Source of the DNA: Tubiluchus corallicola | Lineage: Eukaryota > Animalia > Priapulida | DNA length: 43,960 bases | Assembly (NCBI GenBank): GCA_030141605.1 | Contig: JAQGDQ010002378.1 | Coordinates: 347,144 to 391,103 of the forward strand | Reading direction: 5' to 3' | Shown: positions 1-11,609 of the stretch, piece after piece | Position numbering within the stretch: position 1 is the stretch's first letter | Layout of the letters: each line of letters opens with the position of its first letter | The notes under the pieces: model-generated | Database searches by the model: none | What the model was told of the DNA's origin: nothing | The model's input: the letters and a program-made list of their open reading frames with translations, nothing else | Position numbers and translations under genes: made by a program

Positions 1-1289
1 CGCATGTTCACGTTTATATGTTGTCAGTTTGATTGACTTTTTCATAAATCCAAACACTGGCTTAGTTCTATAATCAATGCAAATCTGAAATTCTATAAAT
101 ATCGTAAACAAGCTGGGTGGGAGCTGATATGCATGGTTAATGTGATTGATTGTACACAGAAAATTGTTAGATAAATGTGTAGAAACAGCAAGCTTTATGT
201 ATGAACTGTCAGGTTGCTCTTTTTGTGTCACCCATGTGCATCGGTGGAACAGGTGCTGAGATGGTAAAAAGCGCCCACTAGACCACCGGAACCATTACAT
301 GCAAGGGTATTTATTAATGCCAGAATGCAATGGTTTCATAGAGGACATAACCGTTACAGTGTAGCGGCAGGGCAAAACAAATGCCATGCAGCCATTGTTA
401 CAATATTTTAACCAAGTCTGATATATGGCGCAGAAAAGAAATAGGCAAAAATGGAAATGTCCAATGATATAAGTAAGTGCAATGTAGCAGGAAGTCACGG
501 TATTACTATTTAACTAATTTCATTATTGCTTGTATTTCAATTAAAATTGTTAGTGTTGCTACTATTCATTTTCATTTTTTTCTTATTTGTGACAATTAAT
601 AATAATTGCAATTTTAACATTAGTAGAGTATTGTTTAATTATTATTAGCTTTTATTATTATTATTGTTATTGTTATAACTATTGTCGCTGTAATTGATAT
701 TGTCATCGTCATCATCATTGTCATCATCAACATCATCGCCACCACCAACACCATCATCATCATCGTCGTCATCGTCATCAGCATCATCACTATTAGAAAA
801 TTAAGTTCAGGTTTGTATGTTTGATTGTTTTTTATATTGTTCAGGTTAATGTGCCACTTGTTTTTTAGGGCAAGTTTTGATAAATTAAAAGACCATAAGC
901 CCTTCTGGTCAATGCTGCATAATATCTGTACTCAGCTCCACCAGCTTCAGCACAGGACTCTACATTGATAGATTGTATAATTAATATTTGCTTTGTGTTT
1001 CATTTCAATTTAATGGTAATCTGGTGAAATAACGAAAACAAAGAATTTTTAAAATAAAATTTCTGTTACTAATTATATTTCCAGTATAAATGTAGGCCTA
1101 TTGTTTCCATGTCTAGTTCTGACGTGAGATTTATCAAAGCGAGTATTCATTGTTATACAACATTGTTATGCAACAAAAAGAACGCAACGCAACAATGACA
1201 ATGACAGCAACAGGAACAGCAACAGCAACAAAAACAGCAGCGACAGCAGCAAACAATGCCAATGGATGAAAACGTGATAACAATAACTA

Positions 1290-1350
1290 TGGTGATGATG
1301 ACAACGAAGAGGAGATATGATGATGATGATGATGAGATATGATGATGATT

Positions 1351-1383
<33 letters not shown>

Positions 1384-1679
1384 GATGACGATGATGATGA
1401 TGATTGATGACGATGATGAAGTTGATGATGATGATGATGATGATGATGACAATGATGATGATGATGACAAAATAAAGACTGAGCAAAGAACGACGAGAAA
1501 GCGACATCAAGAGACTTGGATAGACCGTAAGACACACGTTGTACCATGAACTTTGATTTTAAATGAAGTATTAAATCAAATCAAATCAAATCAAATCAAA
1601 TTAAATTAAATCAAATCAAATCAAATCAAATCAAATCAAATCAAATCAAATCAAATCAAATCAAATCAAATCAAATCAA
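1290..1679. repeat. (GAT)n and (AAATC)n microsatellites
   Basis: (GAT)n at ~1290-1470 and (AAATC)n at ~1572-1679. Confidence 0.95.
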
Positions 1680-2229
1680 TCTGGAAAGAATAGGACTATT
1701 CTCAAAAAAGGCATTGCGCGTAGTATTCTTTGCCCGGGTAAAATAGTCGCTGCGATCTCGTGTTATTTTTATAAGTCCTTCTCCTCCCATATAAAAGTGG
1801 GTTGACCAGATGAGGCTCCATTAATGTCAGTTTACTTATCGATTTTGTGTTGATCTTTACAACGTTGAAACTTGACCCGTAGGAAAAACTTTCTGTTTAA
1901 ACAAGAACACGCCCTCTGTAGTACTTATCACTGTTTTATGGCTTTATAAAATGTTCATCAAATGTAAATGTCCAATGCAGTACTGTAACGAAAGTCGCAT
2001 AAGTATTAGACGTGTTAGCTATTGCTTTCTGACATGGTGATGTGGTAGCTGCCTGTTCAGAATTTAGGTGTAAGTTACAAGGTAAGCTGTGTTGTCTATT
2101 TTAATCTATACGCGTTTCATTCTAAGATTTTTTTGCTACAGTTTATTAGTTTGCAAAAGTTTATAGTATGAAGAAGCGTTTCGGCATTCAGGCCACACAC
2201 AAAGTTTTCTGTCTCTGATGAGCACACTC

Positions 2230-3029
2230 GCAAGTGTTAACTGCTTTGCGAGTTACTGTCGGCAAGAAATTGCAAACTCTAATCGTTGCTGCGAGTTGAT
2301 TTACTGTCTAGTGTGAACGCCTCGGCGAGTTACTCGCGATACTTCTTTCAGTGAAGTGAGTACCAGCTCGTGCTTACTGTCAGAGAGTAACTCGCAGCAA
2401 GTTTTGTTCTCTAGTTTGAACATGCTTGTGAGTTATTTGGCGAGTTACTCTCGACACTTCTCGCAGTCAATAGAGAAGTGAGTGTCAGCTTACAATTGCT
2501 GGCGGAGAGTAACTCGCAGCAAGTTTTGTTCTCTAGTTTGAACATGCTTGTGAGTTATTTGGCGAGTTGCTCTCGATACTTTTCGCAGTCAATAGAGAAG
2601 TGAGTGACAGCTCACATTTGCTGGCGGAGAGTAACTCGCAGCAAGTTCTGTTCTCTAGTTTGAACATGCTTGTGAGTTATTTGGCGAGTTGCTCTCGATA
2701 CTTTTCGCAGTCAATAGAGAAGTGAGTGACAGCTCACACTTGCTGTCGAAGAGTAACTTGCAGCAAGTTTTGTTCTCTAGTTTGAACATGCTTGTGAGTT
2801 ACTTGGCGAGTTACTCTCGACACTTCTCGCAGTCAATAGAGAAGTGAGTGTCAGCTCACATTTGCTGGCGGAGAGTAACTCGCAGCAAGTTCTGTTCTCT
2901 AGTTTGAACATGCTTGTGAGTTACTTGGCAAGTTACTCTCGATACTTCTCGCACTCAATAGAGAAGTGAGTGTCAGCTCACATTTGCTGTCGAAGAGTAA
3001 CTTGCAGCAAGTTTTGTTCTCTAGTTTGA
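2230..3029. repeat. 122-bp tandem repeat running into the gap
   Basis: GAGTAACTCGCAGCAAG recurs at 2385, 2507, 2629 and onward; the first copy is degenerate. Confidence 0.95.
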
Positions 3030-3224
3030 NNNNNNNNNNNNNNNNNNNNNNNNNNNNNNNNNNNNNNNNNNNNNNNNNNNNNNNNNNNNNNNNNNNNNNN
3101 NNNNNNNNNNNNNNNNNNNNNNNNNNNNNNNNNNNNNNNNNNNNNNNNNNNNNNNNNNNNNNNNNNNNNNNNNNNNNNNNNNNNNNNNNNNNNNNNNNNN
3201 NNNNNNNNNNNNNNNNNNNNNNNN
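3030..3224. other. Assembly gap (195 N)
   Basis: Run of N. Confidence 0.99.
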
Positions 3225-3954
3225 CATAAGTAGTATAGATGTTTTGCCTCTGGCCGATTTCCCCACCCCCCCCCCCTTTGGCTGCCCGGGGGGGTGGGGA
3301 AAAACACCCCTAAAAAAGTGCGAAAATCCGCGAAAACCCCTAAAAAAGTGTGAAAACCCGTGTGAAAGTGCGCACGTGACCGAAATCGACGAAAAAGCGC
3401 GAAAAACAAAGAAAAACGAAGAAAAGGCGTGTGAAACGAGGTAAAAATTTTGCAGTTTTTCCCACCCGCATGGCTTCATTTGGATCGAATGACCTTGAAC
3501 TCTAGGTCACGTGACCAAAGTTCATTGACCCCTGGATGGCTTCTTTTTTGACACCCCATTTTAAACCGCGCAAAACCGCGCGAAAGCATGTGAAAGTGTG
3601 TGAAAGCACGTGAAAGTGTGTGAAAGTGCACGAAAGTGTGTGAAAGTGTGTGAAACGTGGTAAAAAGCGCCTCAAACGAAGAAAAAGGGAGAAGTGGAGT
3701 TCCCGCCGAGGACTAATTAGTGCTAATTGGCGCTAATTGGGGAGCCCCTGCCACCCCTCCGCCGCATGCAAACGTCCGTCCCGGGGGTCGGGGACCCCCC
3801 CTGCAACCCACCCCTCCGTCGCGTGGAATCGTCCATTGCAGGCAATGAGGGAAATCTTCCCCCCCCCACTCGCGCAGTGCCGGCCCTTTTCCGCGACCAC
3901 TTCTCTCTCTCGGGTGCCCTCCCTTTTCCGCGACCACTTCTCTCGCGGGTTTAG

Positions 3955-3998
<44 letters not shown>

Positions 3999-4200
3999 GG
4001 AGATTTATTTCAAACGCCAAAGTTCGATAAATGCATTTTCACAAATCTTTTTTATTGATGGATTACAAAAAATTTTTTTTACATTTTTTATGCAAAATAC
4101 ATACGTGCTAAAACTAGATTATTATTATTATGGTGACATGATAGTTCTACATTTTACGTTTTTTTCGCAAATTACACAAATTATGCAAATTACAGTAAAA

Positions 4201-5013
4201 CTACACTAATGACGACGAGCGAGTACATGGATTGTCGTCGTCGTCGTCGATGTGATACAGACAAACGTTATTGTTGTTAAAAACGAATTCGTTAAATTTG
4301 CGGAAAACGCGAGAGAAATCCTCGACCTTTGTCCCGCCCATCATTATTATGCTTCCGGTGTGAAAAATGTTCAGAGTAATTTGCTCGCATTTGCAAGTTA
4401 GTTTGGGAAATAGTTCCACTTCGTAAAACACTTCTCTAAAAGAATGCGTCGAAGGACGAACGAGTTCTTCGTACAGTGCACCCAGTTTCAATCTGCAGCG
4501 AATTTTGGCTCTGGCGGTGATGGTGCGAATTGCGATCCCGTCGGCGGGCGTCAGTCCGAGACCTTTCGAGAGTTCTTCGATCGCATTGCGTAGTACTTTT
4601 TCCTCCGAAAAACCGTTGGCCACCACGGAGCCGGAGGCAAAAATCATCAGCGTCCCGCCCAGTCGCTTTAGCAGAAGCATTTGCGGTTTTCTTTCGTAGC
4701 GTCTTCCGCCCGTTCTCCGCCGGAGTTCGTTCAGATCGAAGCGCTGCGAGAACGAAGCCGTGGCGACGATGTTGACCGTTTGGACTGACACGTTAGAACA
4801 TAGTTGGCAATCGTTTCGGACGCCCGAACCGCTCTGCCTCGTCCGTTGCTCTGCCAACGTATGGCGGGCGGCGGGTGGTCGCTTTCCAGATCCTCTACGC
4901 GTATGACCACGCGATTTTTGGGGAGATGTTTTTTGACGAAATCGTACATCTCTGCTCCCTTGACGTAGGTGATCCGCTGACACACGATTTTCCAACATCG
5001 CTTCCATCCTCAC
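4201..5013 (-). CDS. Divergent TATA-binding-protein (TBP)-fold protein, left copy, intronless
   Basis: Two TBP repeats: NIVATASF..FDL..Y..TLMIFASGSVVANG and YEVELFPKL..ITLNIFHTGSIIMMGG (compare TBP NIVST..LDL..TALIFSSGKMVCTG and YEPELFPGL..LLIFVSGKVVLTG). First in-frame ATG is at 5007; AATAAA lies downstream (4051-4056 on the minus strand). Confidence 0.85.
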   Translation of the reverse strand: MRMEAMLENRVSADHLRQGSRDVRFRQKTSPQKSRGHTRRGSGKRPPAARHTLAEQRTRQSGSGVRNDCQLCSNVSVQTVNIVATASFSQRFDLNELRRRTGGRRYERKPQMLLLKRLGGTLMIFASGSVVANGFSEEKVLRNAIEELSKGLGLTPADGIAIRTITARAKIRCRLKLGALYEELVRPSTHSFREVFYEVELFPKLTCKCEQITLNIFHTGSIIMMGGTKVEDFSRVFRKFNEFVFNNNNVCLYHIDDDDDNPCTRSSSLV

Positions 5014-5035
5014 ACGAGGTGTATCAGCTGATTAA

Positions 5036-5458
5036 ATTTTCATTATTAATTTTCTAGCATTTCAAATACCAAAACTTGTTTGGAATCGCGTTCCCCAGCA
5101 CAAGCGATCCACCTACAACTACCTAATCAGACACATACACGGCATCTCGTGGGAGGAGGGAATGATCGAGTACGCAGAATTGGAAAACATTCTACGACAG
5201 ACCACCAGAGGCAGGATCACCTACGTCAAGGGAGCAGAGATGTACGATTTCGTCAAAAAACATCTCCCCAAAAATCGCGTGGTCATACGCGTAGAGGATC
5301 TGGAAAGTGAGCACCCGCCGCCCGCCATACGTTGGCAGAGCAACGGACGAGGCAGAGCGGTTCGGGCGTCCGAAACGATTGCCAACTACGTTCTAACGTG
5401 TCAGTCCAAACGGTCAACATCGTCGCCACGGCTTCGTTCTCGCAGCGCTTCGATCTGA
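5036..5458 (+). pseudogene. 5'-truncated ORF of an uncharacterised virus/Maverick-associated family (possibly DEDD/DnaQ-like fold), overlapping the TBP-like ORF
   Basis: Stop-to-stop frame reads FQIPKLVWNRVPQHKRSTYNYLIRHIHGISWEEGMIEYAELENILRQTTRGRITYVKGAEMYDFVKKHLP..VEDLE. The HGIxWxxG..Y-VKGxE..DLE pattern recalls, from memory, hypothetical proteins in invertebrate Maverick-like loci. The 3' part is mirrored at 4731-4975 (-). Confidence 0.5.
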
Positions 5459-6060
5459 ACGAACTCCGGCGGAGAACGGGCGGAAGACGCTACGAAAGAA
5501 AACCGCAAATGCTTCTGCTAAAGCGACTGGGCGGGACACTGATGATTTTTGCCTCCGGCTCCGTGGTGGCCAACGGTTTTTCGGAGGAAAAAGTACTACG
5601 CAATGCGATCGAAGAACTCTCGAAAGGTCTCGGACTGACGCCCGCCGACGGGATCGCAATTCGCACCATCACCGCCAGAGCCAAAATTCACTGCAGATTG
5701 AAACTGGGTGCACTGTACGAAGAACTCGTTCGTCCTTCGACGCATTCTTTTAGAGAAGTGTTTTACGAAGTGGAACTATTTCCCAAACTAACTTGCAAAT
5801 GCGAGCAAATTACTCTGAACATTTTTCACACCGAAAGCATAATAATGATGGGCGGGACAAAGGTCGAGGATTTCTCTCGCGTTTTCCGCAAATTTAACGA
5901 ATTCGTTTTTAACAACAATAACGTTTGTCTGTATCACATCGACGACGACGACGACAATCCATGTACTCGCTCGTCGTCATTAGTGTATTTTACTGTAATT
6001 TGCATAATTTGTGTAATTTGCGAAAAAAACGTAAAATGTAGAACTATCATGTCACCATAA
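5332..6060 (+). CDS. Divergent TBP-fold protein, right copy (no ATG ahead of the domain; conserved Gly of FHTG changed to Glu; may be inactive)
   Basis: Same protein as the left copy with a few substitutions. The stop is read through (TAG to TAT); AATAAA at 6134-6139. Confidence 0.8.
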   Translation: MAEQRTRQSGSGVRNDCQLRSNVSVQTVNIVATASFSQRFDLNELRRRTGGRRYERKPQMLLLKRLGGTLMIFASGSVVANGFSEEKVLRNAIEELSKGLGLTPADGIAIRTITARAKIHCRLKLGALYEELVRPSTHSFREVFYEVELFPKLTCKCEQITLNIFHTESIIMMGGTKVEDFSRVFRKFNEFVFNNNNVCLYHIDDDDDNPCTRSSSLVYFTVICIICVICEKNVKCRTIMSP

Positions 6061-6583
6061 TAATAATAATAATCTAGTTTTAGCACGTATGTATTTTGCA
6101 TAAAAAATGTAAAAAAAATTTTTGTAATCCATCAATAAAAAAGATTTGTGAAAATGCATTTATCGAACTTTGGCGTTTGAAATAAATCTCCACAAGCACA
6201 CACACACGCACACACACACACACACACACACATCTAAACCCGCGAGAGAAGTGGTCGCGGAAAAGGGAGGGCACCCGAGAGAGAGAGAAGTGGTCGCGGA
6301 AAAGGGCCGGCACTGCGCGAGTGGCGGGAAAAAGATTTCCCTCATTGCCTGCAGTGGACGATTCCACGCGACGGAGGGGTGGGTTGCAGGGGGGGTCCCC
6401 GACCCCCGGGACGGACGTTTGCATGCGGCGGAGGGATGGCAGGGGCTCCCCAATTAGCGCCAATTAGCACTAATTAGTCCTCGGCGGGAACTCCACTTCT
6501 CCCTTTTTCTTCGTTTGAGGCGCTTTTTACCTCGTTTCACACACTTTCACGCACTTTCACACGCTTTCATGCGCTTTCACACT

Positions 6584-6985
6584 GGTGACCACAGTGAGAT
6601 GTGTGGTGAAACCAGGCCATGGCTGGGCAATGAATGCCAGGTGACCACAGTGAGGTGCGTGGCAAAAGCACGCCATGGCTGGGCAGTGAATGCCAAGTGA
6701 CCACAGTGAGATGTGTGGTGAAAGCACGCCATGGCTGGGCAGTGAATGCCGGGTGGCCACAGTGAGATTGTAGTGAAACCACGCCATGGCCAGGCAGTGA
6801 ATGCCAGGTGACCACAGTGAGATGTGTGGCAAAAGCACGCCATGGCTGGGCAGTGAATGCCAGGTGACCACAGTGAGATGTGTGGTGAAAGCACGCCATA
6901 GCTGGGCAGTGAATGCCAGGTGACCACAGAGAGATGTGTGATGAAACCATGCCATGGCTGGGCAGTGAATGCCAGGTGACCACAG
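6584..6985. repeat. 56-bp tandem repeat, ~7 copies
   Basis: GTGACCACAGTGAG recurs every 56 bp from 6585. Confidence 0.95.
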
Positions 6986-7264
6986 GTTTAAGTGACCACT
7001 ATGGGGTGGCTTGACTCGCCTTACGATTAACGAATTTGGGTTTTTACACATGGCCTGCTTCATAATTCACACAATAAATGCAAATCATAATTAAAACGGC
7101 TAGTAACAACACTAAACGGAACTCCGGTGAATCGCTAAGTTTGACTCATCTATTATTGGGTGCTGTAACGAAGTCAGACTTTTTACCCGGAGGAAACGAG
7201 TAACGACCCTATCAGCAACTTGCAGACCAACATTCAAAAAGGTCTTCTCAATGTCCCCAATAAT

Positions 7265-7725
<461 letters not shown>

Positions 7726-8363
7726 ATGATCCAGCTTCCTATTTTAATTCAAGCCTGATAAAAGAAGAGATCTGTCAAGTATTACTTTTATGCAGCGAAA
7801 CTTCTTAGTTAAGAAATGACTTTTTTGGGCATTCAAAGAATCTTATTGCCAAGACGCTCAAATTTGTCGAAATTTTATGAAATTGGACATGGCATATTAG
7901 TGCCTACTATCGTTTAAATCATAGCACCAGGATAACTTTGTTACATCAACACAATCAACACGTGTGATTTGTACCTTTTGAAGAAAATGTTATAAATTCG
8001 CCAATCCGTAACTGCACAAAATGTACACAATAGACATGTGTAAGCAGTTAATCTGTTTGTGTCTTTACCACACTCTTGCAAATATTGTATTTGTATGTTT
8101 TCTGCCAACGTGTTTTATATTATACTGTTTTTATTTTACACTGTATTTTACTACTGGGTGTGAATAAAATAAATAAAATAAAAATCAAAATGGCCGAACA
8201 ATAACATATTGAAGACAATAAAAAATCTGTTAGTGGTCACCATCATTTGCCCACTGTGCGTTTTCATACTCAACCTCATATTTTTTCTAACTGATATTCT
8301 ATTTTAACTATAACTGAAACAACTATGATTGCTAAGCTCTCAAGTTGAAACTTGTGTTTTTAG

Positions 8364-10264
8364 TTTCTATCCTGCGGATGACGTGAGTAACGGACAAATT
8401 GTTCAGGACGCTTTCAATATGGCAGGATTTCGAATACCTGTAAGGTCAACCCACAAAAAATCGCAACCTCTGCGTTCTCGCCAAAGGTAAAAGACTTTAA
8501 AAGACTTCTGTTTTCTGGGGAGCAAGAAATTTTACTTATATTCTGTGACGTGTTGTTATTTATGGTTTATATTTTTATGTTTGTGCTCACTAAGGTTTCC
8601 TCTCACTGTTTTTAGCGGGCAAGCCACGAGGCGTTACATTCTCTAGACTTATCATGGCAGCAGTCTTTGTGAATAAACAGATTAATAAGGAAGAAAGATT
8701 AATGTTAAATCTTCTATAAAGTTTCTAACAAAGTTACAAATGTAGCCAAGACGGTACATATTCTGTAAGCACTCAAGTTTTAATGCTTACCTGTAGGAAA
8801 CGTAAATTTTAAGAATTTTACAACTTTACAATATAACTTACTGACTGAAATCGGATATTTGTGGATCGAGTATGGGTTGCGTTTGGGTGCTTGTTTGCCT
8901 GCTTGTAAGGCCAAAGTATTTTCTATGCAGTAAGTAGCTAGAGTTCTTTGTTATTTAACAACTTTTTTATTTAGCAATTCCTCATGTCTCCCAGAAGCAG
9001 GTCCGATGCTGCCAAAGTCACTTCTGGACTGTGGACTTTCGGCAGAAGAGAAAGCAAAACGGTTATATTTCACGACGGCTGCATCTGAAGAGGTATGTCA
9101 ACTAAACTACCTGGATTAACTAATTGATTAATGCGGTCTTTTCACACTGAGTTCAGTCCAGGAGTCGAGTTTGACCTAAGTATGTATTTAGATAGCAGCT
9201 TATATAAGGTCAAAGGTCAAATCAATGGTGAGGTGTCAAAACCACAGTCAATGACTTGGGCCAACAATATTTTCTTATGTGACATGAATATGCCTAAAAC
9301 AACTACATCTGATTGGCTGATGGTTAATACACCAAATCTGACTGCCTGATGCCTAAAACAACTACATTTGATTGGCTGATGGTTAATACACCAAATCTGA
9401 CTGGCTGATGGTTAATATCACCTAATCTTTTCTTACCTCGAAGATTTGCGATTGGCAGTTTGTTATGCACTTGAATTTGATTTTTCCAGGAGATACAAAC
9501 TCACATCCTAGATGAGCTAACACCAGCAGATGTTCGTGAACTTGTAGAAGCTGAAGACGAATTTTCCAGGAGAGGAAGTTTCCAAAGAATCTTTCCCAGT
9601 CCTACATCTCACAAGTACTTGAAGTATTTTGAAGAAAAACGATACAGTAACTTACTACTAGATGCTTGGACGCAGAAGTACCACAATGACCATGAAAAAG
9701 GTAGGAGAACTTTGGCTTTTAGAAACAAATAAAAAGTTGCTTGCCAAGAATAGCAGAAACCGGTAGGAAGGGATTTCCATGACTTTCCCATGGGATATGG
9801 CACTCTTGGGAAAATCACAGGGATTGCAGTGCTCATAATAATAAAAATAACGGCTTAAGACGTGGATAAAAAATTTAAATGAACTCATTTAAAATTTTAC
9901 AATACAATATTTCGAGTTCCTCTTTAAATGACGTCACACATTCAATTCATTTTAAGAAGTCGAAATTTACTATGTAAAATTTTTAATTAAATCAATTTAA
10001 ATTTCATGTTCATCTCTTAATTAAGCAATAGATTTTTTATTATTAAAGAGCTAGCATGTCTTAAAGTCGCTAAAATCTGTGTTTATATATTCGTAACTTG
10101 TTTATCACTTCCTTATCGATAGCAAACACCTGTAAACAATTTAAAAACACAACCTGCAGGTGTACATGTATACAAATTCCGTTTTAGGTTGGCAGTTGTT
10201 AGAATCACATTGCAAGGAGAGAATCCACATCCAGAACCAACCTTGGCGTTGCGACAAACACTGA
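8364..10264 (+). CDS. TTLL4: Tubulin polyglutamylase TTLL4-like, 3' exons (8364-8486, 8995-9092, 9490-9700, 10188-10264)
   Basis: AG/GT-bounded exons encode GQIVQDAFNMAGFRIP, LSAEEKAKRLYF, ILDELTPADVRELVEAEDEFSRRGSFQRIFPSPTSHKYLKYFEEKRYSNLLLDAWTQKY and GWQLLESHCKERIH-stop, matching the TTLL4 C-terminal extension (LTPDDVRILVEMEDEFSRRGQFERIFPS). A small linker exon between 8486 and 8995 is needed for phase and was not resolved. Upstream exons were not found. Confidence 0.8.
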
Positions 10265-11609
10265 TGATGATGATACTGATTGTAATGTTGAATTACTGAT
10301 GATGATGATACTGATTGTAATGTTGAATTACTGATGATGACGACAATCATTACTACTTGCGTTCTTTCCAGCTTTAATTTTGTTTTTGATCCAATAAACA
10401 CACGAACGCAATATAGGCCAAGTAAACTAAAAGCATCAAAAAGTTCTGCACCTGCACTAGGAAACGAACTCAAGGCTTCTGATTTCCTCTGGTTAGTCCT
10501 AACAGCAGGGTCTGCTTAGTAGAGTAGTCATTTAAAGGAAGAAAGATGATTTTTCATATACTATCCCATTTTAAGTCTGATAAAAAGTATACATTTTAAC
10601 ACGATTAATATTTCAGATAATTAGATAATAGATTAAAAACTTAATTAACAGCAGGCAAGCCCAACTGGTGATGACATCACAAACTAACATAATTTTCAAC
10701 AGCAAAAATATTCCATGAGTGTGTTGCATGTGTTTGTGAACGCAAAAATTAAGTACAGTGCTACTGAAAGATATTCAGTGTGTTGTACTAAAACTAGGTA
10801 AGATTTAAGATAAAAATTCAATTTTGAAATTCACCACTGTGCTCACGCATGAGCTGTCGAACGTGTGTAGCTCATCAGAAACTAGCATATCTGGAGCTGA
10901 GAGGTACATCACCTGTTTTTTTGCAATGCCTTTCCAAAATGCAGGCAGTAGTGCCCGTCTAAACAACGAAGAACTAGTGGCGCAATTGTTTGCGTGGTAA
11001 TAATTCTTTCACGTAAGTCATTTTTGAAAAAAATGTTTCCTTTCAATATTTTAAAGGGTAGATTGTTTTGACCTTCACTTTAACAGTTGGTCCAGTTATC
11101 AGTCAAACTAATCCATTCATTCACTAAGCTTTGACTTGAAAGTCCGAGACTTCTGGGAAGTTTTTAATGTTCACGAAAAATATTAGTAATATTAAGGACT
11201 TGGTAATAAAAGTGCTTCGTGTAATTAGTAAAATCACGCCTTTTCTTCCACCAGTGACGTCATTCATTAGCTGCAGAAAAACAGCACACTGTCAATTTCC
11301 GGCAAAAGCATAAAAGTTTTTTTACAAAAATTGAACTTTCTGAAATTTCAAGTTTACCTCTGTAATTTCACGTCAAAACTAAAATGTGTTCTTATTTCTT
11401 ACAATCAGGTACAGCATCTATTTCTCTACATCACGAGATTTAGGCTCTGTTGCTCATCTAACTAGTGAACGGCGAAACCAGTGCGCTCGTATAGATACGT
11501 GCAACAGCCAAACCAAACAGCGCAAACGCGAAATTTAACTTTTATGGTAATAATTCTTTTCTTTCATGTAAGCCATTTCTAAAAGAATATATTATATATA
11601 TATATATAT

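Larger units (their letters stand above)
3229..6582. mobile_element. Putative Polinton/Maverick-like (or endogenous DNA virus) terminal fragment, rearranged as an inverted duplication
   Basis: GC/CpG-rich island in an AT-rich background. It starts AGTAGTATAGATG at 3229 (Polinton/Maverick termini begin with AG/AGT repeats). The subterminal region has C/G runs and 10-bp TGAAAGTGTG repeats, and the ORFs are compact, overlapping and intronless. No integrase, pPolB or capsid gene is visible. Confidence 0.55.
3580..6582. repeat. Long inverted repeat: arms ~3580-4975 and 5214-~6582, 238-bp spacer
   Basis: The arms are reverse complements (e.g. TGACGTAGGTGATCC ending 4975 vs GGATCACCTACGTCA from 5214; GACTAATTAGTGCTAATTGGCGC vs its reverse complement near 6460), with scattered substitutions and different (CA)n lengths. 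Confidence 0.97.

Noticed and set aside
1153-1547. Poly-His/Ser/Ile ORFs (also at 7335-7808, 22143-22538, 37039-37827)
   Set aside because: They are translations of microsatellites, open in several frames and on both strands.
2210-2245. CTGATGAG plus a short hairpin as a hammerhead ribozyme
   Set aside because: The required GAAA after stem II is absent (TAAC instead), and no stems I/III are evident.
2966-3479. ORFs spanning the N run
   Set aside because: Open only because of the gap.
4976-5213. Viral hairpin telomere or sequencing adapter at the palindrome centre
   Set aside because: The centre falls inside a coding frame rather than at a terminus, and no PacBio or Nanopore adapter sequence is recognisable.
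4201-6060. Calling these ORFs the host TBP or TRF2 gene
   Set aside because: Too divergent, intronless, duplicated and embedded in a GC-rich element, so no gene symbol was assigned.
6515-7063. His/Cys-rich repetitive ORFs
   Set aside because: Translations of the 56-bp satellite.
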